From NCBI GenBank assembly GCA_049592335.1, contig JBAWFY010000153.1, positions 1 to 46,452 of the forward strand: a stretch of DNA of 46,452 nt, in the 5' to 3' direction. Both the position numbers and the translations under genes were made by a program. This DNA comes from Terracidiphilus sp. (GTDB lineage Bacteria; Acidobacteriota; Terriglobia; Terriglobales; Acidobacteriaceae). The notes beneath the pieces were generated by a model. That model was not told the origin of the DNA. It searched no databases and was given only the letters and a program-made list of their open reading frames with translations. Positions 36,703-46,452 of the stretch are shown one piece after another (the stretch's first letter is position 1; each line of letters starts with the position of its first letter).

Positions 36703-36885
36703 CTAACGGCCGAAAGCCGGAGGCTCGCACCCGGGACACGGAGGGCCGGGCATTGCTGCTACCGGGCTGCTCACGAGGATCGAGGCATGCCTGGGCTGGG
36801 CTTGGGAGGTGGCGGGAATGAGGGCAGCGGCGCCAAGGCCAGCAACAGCGACGAGCAGGGCGAACATGCGAAGTGTGGTTTGCAT
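36703..36885 (-). CDS. Small secreted peptide precursor (60 aa) with C-terminal PGPPCPGC motif
   Basis: SD AAGAGG, n/h/c signal-peptide pattern, upstream sigma70-like promoter; co-oriented with the 7-TM gene. Confidence 0.7.
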   Translation of the reverse strand: MQTTLRMFALLVAVAGLGAAALIPATSQAQPRHASILVSSPVAAMPGPPCPGCEPPAFGR

Positions 36886-36942
36886 CTTTGGTAACCTCTT
36901 TGGTCTGAATTTGACAGCTTTTTAAAGTTCGTCTCGACAAAA

Positions 36943-36971
36943 ATCGTACGTGTTTATATAATTTAAATCAA
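36943..36971 (-). promoter_or_regulatory. Sigma70-like promoter for the peptide/7-TM unit
   Basis: Minus strand TTGATT-N17-TACGAT inside a strongly AT-rich patch. Confidence 0.6.
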
Positions 36972-37164
36972 GTGTTTTCAAAATCATAACAAAGCGCATT
37001 GAAATGGGTTACCAACGTCACTATCGCATCGCGTCTCCCCGTAGCCGGTAACCTCGCTGCACGTCTCCGCGCTGCCCGCTTCGGTGCATTGCTGCGTGAT
37101 AAAATAACCACGGGACCAACCAGCTTGATGCCCCGGTTTTTCAAGCGGTTAGTCGCGTTTTTGA

Positions 37165-39804
<2,640 letters not shown>

Positions 39805-40186
39805 ATTATTCTTGGAGCGCTCTCGACATCCTCTCGGGAATGGCCCCGATTCTGTTCCACGTCCCTCTGGAAGATCATTTCCTTTTTTGTATGCATTCGG
39901 CTGCATAGGGAAGCGCCTTAGCACCTTCTGTCAAGGTGGGGGGCATCAGGCTTATCGGGTAATCCAATTAAGATTCAGTTACTTGGCGAATTTCGTAAAA
40001 ATCCCGACTTGCACCTGCCGTGGCAGTGAACGTGCTAGAGTATGCGTAAGCTGTGCTGTCGTTCTACGCTCAAGGAACGACCGGCTTAGGGTCACTGGCT
40101 GCAAATCGGCTTTCTTACGAACCGGCTTTCCCAGTGGAGTCGTTGCAATTTACTTAGATCAATGCAGTAATAACGGGGGGTTTCAC

Positions 40187-40852
40187 ATGAAAAAATTTGC
40201 CTTGGTTCTTTCCTTTCTCTCAGTTGCTGCGGCGGTTTCCGTACGTGCGGAATCGATTGTTTTCAATAACTTAACGGGTACCTCCTTTACCGAAAATGCG
40301 TATACAGTCGGTCAAGACGGTAACGAAACCTGGTCTGTGGACAACTCCTTTACCCTGCACGCAACTGGCACAATCAACGAGGTGATGGCTGGCGTGTGGG
40401 TTCCCACCGGCAGCACCCTGTCATCTGTTGACGCTGGATTCTACGGGGCGCCCTTTGCCCAGGGAACGGTATACGCTTCGGGAGGCATCAGTCCGGTTTC
40501 CGCCACGTTGAAGGCAACGAACGTTAATGGCTGGGACATCTATGCCGAGTACTTCGTTATCAGCCCCATCACTCTCGGCCCCGGCACCTACTATCTCGAC
40601 TTTCTCAGCGCCATCACCTTTAACGGCAGCACGAATGGCTCCACGGCAGGGTGGGACTGGAGTTCAAACCCGAACAACTCGGCTGACCAGTGGAACAACC
40701 AAGGGGATGATATCTCGGGTCTGACTGCCACCACGTTCGTCCTCTATGGCTCCGGCGGTAACAGCACGGTGCCCGAACCCTCAAGCCTGCTTCTGCTGGG
40801 CAGCGGAGCGGCTGCGCTTTTCGGCGCCCTCCGGCGCAGAGTGAAGGCCTAA
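40187..40852 (+). CDS. PEP-CTERM sorting domain protein
   Basis: Signal peptide MKKFALVLSFLSVAAAVSVRA; Thr/Ser/Asn-rich body; VPEPSSLLLLGSGAAALFGALRRR. Confidence 0.93.
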   Translation: MKKFALVLSFLSVAAAVSVRAESIVFNNLTGTSFTENAYTVGQDGNETWSVDNSFTLHATGTINEVMAGVWVPTGSTLSSVDAGFYGAPFAQGTVYASGGISPVSATLKATNVNGWDIYAEYFVISPITLGPGTYYLDFLSAITFNGSTNGSTAGWDWSSNPNNSADQWNNQGDDISGLTATTFVLYGSGGNSTVPEPSSLLLLGSGAAALFGALRRRVKA

Positions 40853-40885
40853 ACCCGACAGGCTAAGATCCAATCGCAGAATTCA

Positions 40886-40913
40886 AGGGCCGCTTCCAGC
40901 CGGAAGCGGCCCT
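40886..40913. terminator. Hairpin between convergent genes (likely terminator)
   Basis: 12-bp perfect stem AGGGCCGCTTCC-AGCC-GGAAGCGGCCCT. Confidence 0.7.
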
Positions 40914-40934
40914 CAATGTTTATAACCGCAGCCA

Positions 40935-41957
40935 TCAAGATCCCAGCACCCGTCCGCGGCCGCCGTTTTTCACCGTGTACATCCGTGTATCGGCCGCACC
41001 GATGACGGCGTGCATCTGGACGCCGTCAGCGGGCGCGGAGGCCAGGCCTATGCTGGCGCTCACCTTCAGTTTCAGCCCATTCTTCATCTCGAACTCGGTC
41101 TTCATCAGCGCACTATGCAGGGTCGTGATCTGCTCGATGGCGGTGCGGACGTCGCTTTCCGGCAGCAGGATCACAAATTCATCGCCGCCGTAGCGGAAGC
41201 ACATGTCCTGTTTCCGGCTCAACTCCTGCAGCCTGCGGCCGGTGCGCGCCAGCAGTTCGCTGCCCACCAGGTGTCCGTGCTCGTCGTTCACCAGTTTGAA
41301 GTGATCGAGGTCGAGAAACGCCAGACTTACGGGTATCCGCGATTTCCGGCATCGCTGCAATTCGCTGTCGAGCACATCGTAAAGATGACGCACGTTGTAG
41401 AGGCCGGTGGTGTCGTCGGTGATGGTGAGCTGCTGAATGCGCGCCACGTCCTGCGCATTCTCGATGGCGATGGCGGCGTGATCGGCCAGGATATGCAGAA
41501 AGGCAATGGTGTAGTCCGACATTTCGGCACGGGGATTCAGGATTTCGATTACGCCCTGCGTCCCCCTGCGGCCGCGCAAGGGCAACGCGATGGCCGCGCG
41601 CACCGTTCGCGAGCCGCCTGCTCCGGCTTGCCGCGCCCGCGGGTCTTCTTCGGCCTCGGGAACAATCAGGGTCTCGCCATGTTCGAGCACCCATCCGGCC
41701 AGGCCTTCGCCCAACTTCACGCGCAGGCCTCTCAGTTTCTCCTGTTCGTCACCCGCGGCAATGGCGTAGTACAATTCCCGGCCAGAGTCGTCGAGCATCA
41801 GCAGCGTCCACAGCTCCGCGTCGACCGTCCGCTCCATCTGTTCCAGAATGGTTCGCAGAATCGTGTCCAGATCGAAGCTCGAAGCCAGCGATCGAACCAG
41901 CTGGTGAAATACCAGCAGATCGGCGAGCGGGATGCGTCCTTCCGTCTCGTTTGCCAT
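40935..41957 (-). CDS. GAF-GGDEF diguanylate cyclase
   Basis: GAF (GEGLAGWV, AAIAIENA), TDDTTGLYN, DLDHFK.VND.HGH..G, RKQD I-site followed by RYGGDEF. Confidence 0.93.
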   Translation of the reverse strand: MANETEGRIPLADLLVFHQLVRSLASSFDLDTILRTILEQMERTVDAELWTLLMLDDSGRELYYAIAAGDEQEKLRGLRVKLGEGLAGWVLEHGETLIVPEAEEDPRARQAGAGGSRTVRAAIALPLRGRRGTQGVIEILNPRAEMSDYTIAFLHILADHAAIAIENAQDVARIQQLTITDDTTGLYNVRHLYDVLDSELQRCRKSRIPVSLAFLDLDHFKLVNDEHGHLVGSELLARTGRRLQELSRKQDMCFRYGGDEFVILLPESDVRTAIEQITTLHSALMKTEFEMKNGLKLKVSASIGLASAPADGVQMHAVIGAADTRMYTVKNGGRGRVLGS

Positions 41958-42100
41958 GGGAGGGCCCTGGAGCGCAAGTCTTTGCATATTGTGTCACACG
42001 GGATTCGAGGCACAATGTCCAAATTGCGACATAAGCCCGGATTCTGCTTCATGAATTAGGCCGGTTCCTCGCTACTCCGAGTCGCTACCGGTGCACTGCT

Positions 42101-43138
42101 TTAGCCGCCAATGTGGACCATCGACCGCGATGGCTTATGAAACCCCGGCTCCCCGATGTGATGGCGGGCTTCCTTTCCTTTCACGGTACGGAGAATATAG
42201 GCGCGAAGTTCCGCGTCGCCGGCTCCGGCCCGCAGCTGCGCATACAGATCGTGCTCCACCTGCGAAAACAGGCAGGTGCGAATCTTGCCGTCGGAAGTGA
42301 GCCGCACCCGGCTGCACGCTCCGCAAAAAGCCTGGCTGACGGGCGCAATAATGCCGATCTCGCCTATCCCGTCCGCAAAGGTGTAGCGCCGCGCCGTCTC
42401 GCTGGCATGGCTCGGCGGCAGCTCCACCAGCGGCTGCGTCCGGCCGATCCGCTCCACGATTTCCTTCAGCGTCACCACGATCTCAGGCGTCCACAAACGG
42501 CCCTCTTCGAGCGGCATGAACTCGATAAAGCGCACCACCACCTGCTCTTCGCGGGCAAACCGCGCAAAAGTTTCGATCTGGTCGTCGTTGAATCCGCGCA
42601 GAAGCACGCAGTTGATCTTGAGCGGCGTAAGGCCCTGGGCGCGCGCGGCGCGGATGCCTTTGAGCACCACGGGAAAACTGCCCGGAACGCGCGTGATGCG
42701 CTCAAAAACCGCCGCATCCACGGCGTCCATGCTCACGGTCACGCGATTGAGTCCGGCTGCCTTCAGTGGGCCGGCCAGCGATTCCAGCAGGTGGCCGTTG
42801 GTGGTGAGCGCAAGATCGAGCCGCTCGCCCGCTGGCGTGCGCAGATGCGCCAGCTCCTCAACCAGCTCGACGACTCCGTGCCGCAAAAGCGGCTCCCCGC
42901 CCGTGAGCCGAACCTTGGTAATCCCCAGGCTGACAAAGAGCCTGATCAGGCCGACGTACTCTTCGTTCGTCAGCTCCGCATACTGCGCCCCCACCTCGCC
43001 CGTGCGGCAATAAACGCACTTGTAATTGCAGCGGTCGGTGATCGAGACGCGCAGGTCGTGGATCGCGCGCCCGTGGCTGTCGGTGAGCGGCGGGAGCATC
43101 GTGATCGTCGTAGCAGCGGTCGGGGAAGTTGCAGCCAT
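42101..43138 (-). CDS. moaA: GTP 3',8-cyclase (molybdenum cofactor biosynthesis)
   Basis: LRVSITDRCNYKCVYC, LTGGEPLLR, RFIEFMP, FCGACSRVRLTSDGKIRTCL, C-terminal IGG. Confidence 0.96.
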   Translation of the reverse strand: MAATSPTAATTITMLPPLTDSHGRAIHDLRVSITDRCNYKCVYCRTGEVGAQYAELTNEEYVGLIRLFVSLGITKVRLTGGEPLLRHGVVELVEELAHLRTPAGERLDLALTTNGHLLESLAGPLKAAGLNRVTVSMDAVDAAVFERITRVPGSFPVVLKGIRAARAQGLTPLKINCVLLRGFNDDQIETFARFAREEQVVVRFIEFMPLEEGRLWTPEIVVTLKEIVERIGRTQPLVELPPSHASETARRYTFADGIGEIGIIAPVSQAFCGACSRVRLTSDGKIRTCLFSQVEHDLYAQLRAGAGDAELRAYILRTVKGKEARHHIGEPGFHKPSRSMVHIGG

Positions 43139-43290
43139 CGGTTCTCTCTCAAGCGTATACCGTTTTGGATGCGGCTTGAAAAGAGAGCTTGCGGCAAAGT
43201 GATCGAGCGCAACTGAGGCGATAGCATGAATAGAGCAGGAGAGCCGCGAAGCGGCTCGCATAATTGAGATTCCGGAGAAGCCAGAAGAAC

Positions 43291-44079
43291 ATGCCGGCAA
43301 CAGGAGCCAAACCCATCGGCACCACCGACGAGGCCCACGCGGCCGAGGCCGTGCGGCAGATGTTCGACTCCATCGCGCCCAGATACGACCTGCTCAACCA
43401 CGTGCTCTCGGCGAACATCGACCGGCTGTGGTGGCGAAGGGCGGCGCGGCAGTTTCGCGAGGTTCTGGCGCGGCCCGAGGCCGAGATTCTCGACATCTGC
43501 TGTGGCACTGGTGACCTGACCATGGCGCTGCTCAAGCTGCGTCCGACGGGAGCGCGGCCCATCCTCGCAGCCGACTTTGCCCGCAACATGCTGATGCGCG
43601 GAGCGCGGAAGTTCGGCCGGGAAGCACGCCAAACACCCGCGAAGAAATCGACGGGCACGCCTTACGCCATTCCCCTCGAAGCCGATGCGCTGCATCTTCC
43701 CATGCGCGACGCTGCGCTCGATTTGATCGTGACCGCCTTCGGCTTCCGCAATCTCGCCAATTACGAGGCCGGCCTTGCGGAATTCCACCGCGTGCTCAAA
43801 CCCGGCGGGCAGTTAGGCATTCTCGAGTTCAGCGAGCCGGGCGGAGTGTTGGGCAAAGCCTACGCCGTCTACTTCCGCCGCGTGTTGCCGGCCATCGGCA
43901 GGCTGATCTGCGGCAGCAACGGTCCCTACAATTACCTGCCAACTTCCGTCGGAGCATTTCCGGGGCCAGAAGAAATGTTCGGGATGCTGCGGCGAGCGGG
44001 TTATGTCGACTGTGCCTGGCAGCCCTACACTTTTGGTATTGCGGGTTTGTACACGGCCTCGCGCCCGCCGGCAGTTTAG
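43291..44079 (+). CDS. menG: Demethylmenaquinone methyltransferase (UbiE/MenG)
   Basis: VRQMFDSIAPRYDLLNHVLS, LDICCGTGD, AFGFRN, RVLKPGG, YNYLPTSV. Confidence 0.9.
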   Translation: MPATGAKPIGTTDEAHAAEAVRQMFDSIAPRYDLLNHVLSANIDRLWWRRAARQFREVLARPEAEILDICCGTGDLTMALLKLRPTGARPILAADFARNMLMRGARKFGREARQTPAKKSTGTPYAIPLEADALHLPMRDAALDLIVTAFGFRNLANYEAGLAEFHRVLKPGGQLGILEFSEPGGVLGKAYAVYFRRVLPAIGRLICGSNGPYNYLPTSVGAFPGPEEMFGMLRRAGYVDCAWQPYTFGIAGLYTASRPPAV

Positions 44080-44111
44080 CGCTTGTCGAAAATGCGTAGT
44101 CAGGCACGAAG

Positions 44112-44192
44112 TGTCAGGGTACGACTTCAGTCGTGCCGCGACGTGGCCCTAAAATGAGAAGGGCTTTAGCCCCTGAGGGAACCTCCCTCAGG
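44112..44192. repeat. REP-like palindromic element
   Basis: GTCAGGGTACGACT-TC-AGTCGTGCC...GGGC-TTTA-GCCC-CTGAG plus CCTGAGGG-AACCT-CCCTCAGG; nested short palindromes in an intergenic gap. Confidence 0.6.
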
Positions 44193-44239
44193 AATTTGGC
44201 TACGATTCGCGATTCTTTCATCGGCCACACTGAAACAGC

Positions 44240-45697
44240 ATGACCTCTTCCGTCTCCATCTCGCGGCCTGCAGAGCCTCCGGCGCAGAGTCTCGCCGCAA
44301 TTTCAGCCGACAAGCGCCGCGTAGCCCTGTGGTCGATGGCGGCGGCGGCGGCCATGACACTGCTCAAGCTCGGCGCCGGCCTGCTCTCGGGCTCCCTGGG
44401 CGTGCTCTCGGACGCGGCGCACTCCGGCCTCGATCTGGCAGGCGCGGCGCTCACCTTCTTCTCTGTAAACGTGAGCGACAGGCCCGCCGACGAGGACCAC
44501 ACCTACGGCCACGGCAAAATCGAGAACCTGTCGGCCTTTGGCGAGGCCGGCCTGATGGCGTTTTCCTGCGCATGGATCATGTGGGAAGCCTTCTCGCGAA
44601 TCGTTTACCGCACAGTAAACCTGCACTATTCCGTCTGGCCGGTGCTCGTGCTGGTCACTTCCGTTGCCGTGGACTTCTGGCGCTCGCGGCAGTTGCGCGC
44701 GGTGGCTGAGCGCACCGGTTCTCCGGCGCTGGCAACGGACGCTTTTCACTTCGGCTCCGATATGTGGGCTACGCTCGCCGTGTTGCTCGGATTCGGTACA
44801 ACGTGGCTGGGAGACCGCTACGGCGTTGCTGCGCTCCAATACGCAGACCCTGTCGCGGCCATTCTGGTTTCAGTGCTGATTCTGCGCATGGCTGTCCGCC
44901 TCGGTCACGAAGCCGTGGGTGCCTTGCTCGACGAGATCCCCAGGGAAACCCAGCAGCGGCTGGTGCGTGAGGTGCAGCGCGTTGAAGGCGTGCTTGCCGT
45001 CGAACGCGCGCGAGTGCGCCGCGCCGGCGCCGGGCATTTTGTCGATCTCACCATTGCTCTGCCACGGCGCTTCACCTTTGAACACACCGGCGAACTGGTA
45101 AACGCCGCCACGGCCGCCGCGCAGCGCGTGCTGCCCGCGGCCGACGTGGTCATCCACACCGTCCCGCGCGAAAGCCGCGCTGAGAGTATTTTTGACCGCG
45201 TGCGCGCCGTGGCCGCGCGCAGCAACGTTTCAGTGCACGAACTGGGTGTGCAGTCGCACCACGGCCGCCTGCAGGTCGAGCTGCACGTTGAAGTCGACGA
45301 GAACCAAAAACTCAGCGAGGCGCACAGCTTCGTCACCGCGCTCGAAGCCGAAATTCTGCGCGATGTCCCGGAGATCGACTCGGTCCTCACGCACATCGAG
45401 AGCGAACCTGCCACCATCGAGCACCCCGACGAAGCCGCGGTCGCGGACCGCAGGATCGAGCAGGCGCTGCACGCGGCGGCAACCGGAATTCCGGAGATTC
45501 TCGATGTGCATGCCATCGCCGTCGCCCGCAAGCGGGACCACATCTCCGTCACCTGCCACTGCACCCTGCCCGACGATCTCACCATGCATCGCGTGCACGA
45601 GGCAATTACGGCGCTTGAAGACCACTTCAAGCTCGAATGCCCCGAAATTTACCGCGTGACGATCCACCCCGAGCCGGCAACGGATAATACGCGCTAG
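44240..45697 (+). CDS. Cation diffusion facilitator with three tandem C-terminal (ZT-dimer-like) domains
   Basis: SDAAHSGLD, PADEDHTYGHGKIE, ATDAFHFGSD; three repeats ending VVIHTVP / VLTHIES / VTIHPEP. Confidence 0.9.
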   Translation: MTSSVSISRPAEPPAQSLAAISADKRRVALWSMAAAAAMTLLKLGAGLLSGSLGVLSDAAHSGLDLAGAALTFFSVNVSDRPADEDHTYGHGKIENLSAFGEAGLMAFSCAWIMWEAFSRIVYRTVNLHYSVWPVLVLVTSVAVDFWRSRQLRAVAERTGSPALATDAFHFGSDMWATLAVLLGFGTTWLGDRYGVAALQYADPVAAILVSVLILRMAVRLGHEAVGALLDEIPRETQQRLVREVQRVEGVLAVERARVRRAGAGHFVDLTIALPRRFTFEHTGELVNAATAAAQRVLPAADVVIHTVPRESRAESIFDRVRAVAARSNVSVHELGVQSHHGRLQVELHVEVDENQKLSEAHSFVTALEAEILRDVPEIDSVLTHIESEPATIEHPDEAAVADRRIEQALHAAATGIPEILDVHAIAVARKRDHISVTCHCTLPDDLTMHRVHEAITALEDHFKLECPEIYRVTIHPEPATDNTR

Positions 45698-45805
45698 CGC
45701 GCGGCATAAGGCGACGCACGATTCCTCCCCCGATTCAGGGCTGATAGATTGGAATCAGGACTTCGCAAAGCCTGAGACGGGCCGCGCACGCCGAAAGAAC
45801 AGCCC

Positions 45806-46452
45806 ATGTTCCATCCCACAGAAGATATTCGCATTCAATGGACGAAGGTCGTCCTTCCCCCGGTCTTCCTCGAGGAAGAGCTTCCCCTCACCGAGGCCGC
45901 TTCGACGACCATCTTCAACGGCCGCAAGGAAATCGCGGCCATCCTCAACGGCCAGGACGACCGGCTCGTGGTGCTGGCCGGCCCCTGCTCTATTCACGAC
46001 GTGAAGGCGGCGCGCGAGTACGCGGGCCTGCTCAAGGGCGCGATCGATGAGTTCGCCGCCGACCTGCGCATCGTGATGCGCGTCTACTTCGAGAAGCCGC
46101 GCACCACCATCGGCTGGAAGGGCCTGATCAACGACCCTTTTCTCGACCAGTCCTACAAGATCAACGACGGCCTGCGCCTGGCGCGCCATCTGCTGCTCGA
46201 CCTAGCCGCAATGGGAGTGCCCACGGGAACCGAGTTTCTCGACATGATCTCGCCGCAGTACATCGCGGGCCTGGTGTGCTGGGGCGCCATCGGTGCGCGC
46301 ACTACCGAGAGCCAGGTGCACCGGCAGCTCGTCTCCGGCGTGTCATGTCCCGTAGGTTTTAAGAACGCAACCTCCGGCGACGTGCAGGTGGCCGTCGACG
46401 CCGTGCTCTCGGCCTCTTACTCGCACACCTTCCTCGGCCACACGCATCATGG
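45806..46452 (+). CDS. DAHP synthase class I-alpha (AroF/G/H family), runs off window end
   Basis: Manual translation MFHPTEDIRI...DDRLVVLAGPCSIHD...MRVYFEKPRTTIGWKGLINDP...WGAIGARTTESQVHR...PVGFKN. Confidence 0.95.
   Translation, partial: MFHPTEDIRIQWTKVVLPPVFLEEELPLTEAASTTIFNGRKEIAAILNGQDDRLVVLAGPCSIHDVKAAREYAGLLKGAIDEFAADLRIVMRVYFEKPRTTIGWKGLINDPFLDQSYKINDGLRLARHLLLDLAAMGVPTGTEFLDMISPQYIAGLVCWGAIGARTTESQVHRQLVSGVSCPVGFKNATSGDVQVAVDAVLSASYSHTFLGHTHH

Noticed and set aside
39812..40186. 125-aa N-terminal extension of the PEP-CTERM ORF
   Set aside because: The true signal peptide and G-rich SD are at 40187; the extension is non-coding-like.

Overview
A 46.5-kb, GC-rich chromosomal window. 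Gene style (PEP-CTERM, several TonB-C proteins, futalosine-pathway mqnC, REP-like palindrome) points to an acidobacterium, which is an inference. Most of it is housekeeping: rimP-nusA-infB, glmS, galE, mqnC, gyrB, moaA, menG, a class I DAHP synthase. These are interleaved with envelope and accessory genes. I found no rRNA, tRNA, CRISPR array, integrase or transposase. The best unexplained signals are: (1) a promoter-led 60-aa secreted CxxC peptide followed by an output-less 7-TM protein, with an RBS-occluding stem between them (candidate peptide/receptor module, 35691-36971); (2) a 1548-aa CpaE/TadZ-like ATPase fused to 13 tandem 76-aa Ig-like repeats bracketed by a duplicated 19-aa motif, overlapping a TonB-C gene and with no tad genes nearby; (3) an HNH nuclease with a possible Sm/SH3-like C-terminal domain directly behind glmS; (4) a candidate structured ncRNA with its own terminator upstream of galE; (5) a heptamer-repeat hairpin over the nusA RBS; (6) a recurring leaderless-promoter signature. 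All family calls are from motif recognition by eye; no database searches were run.
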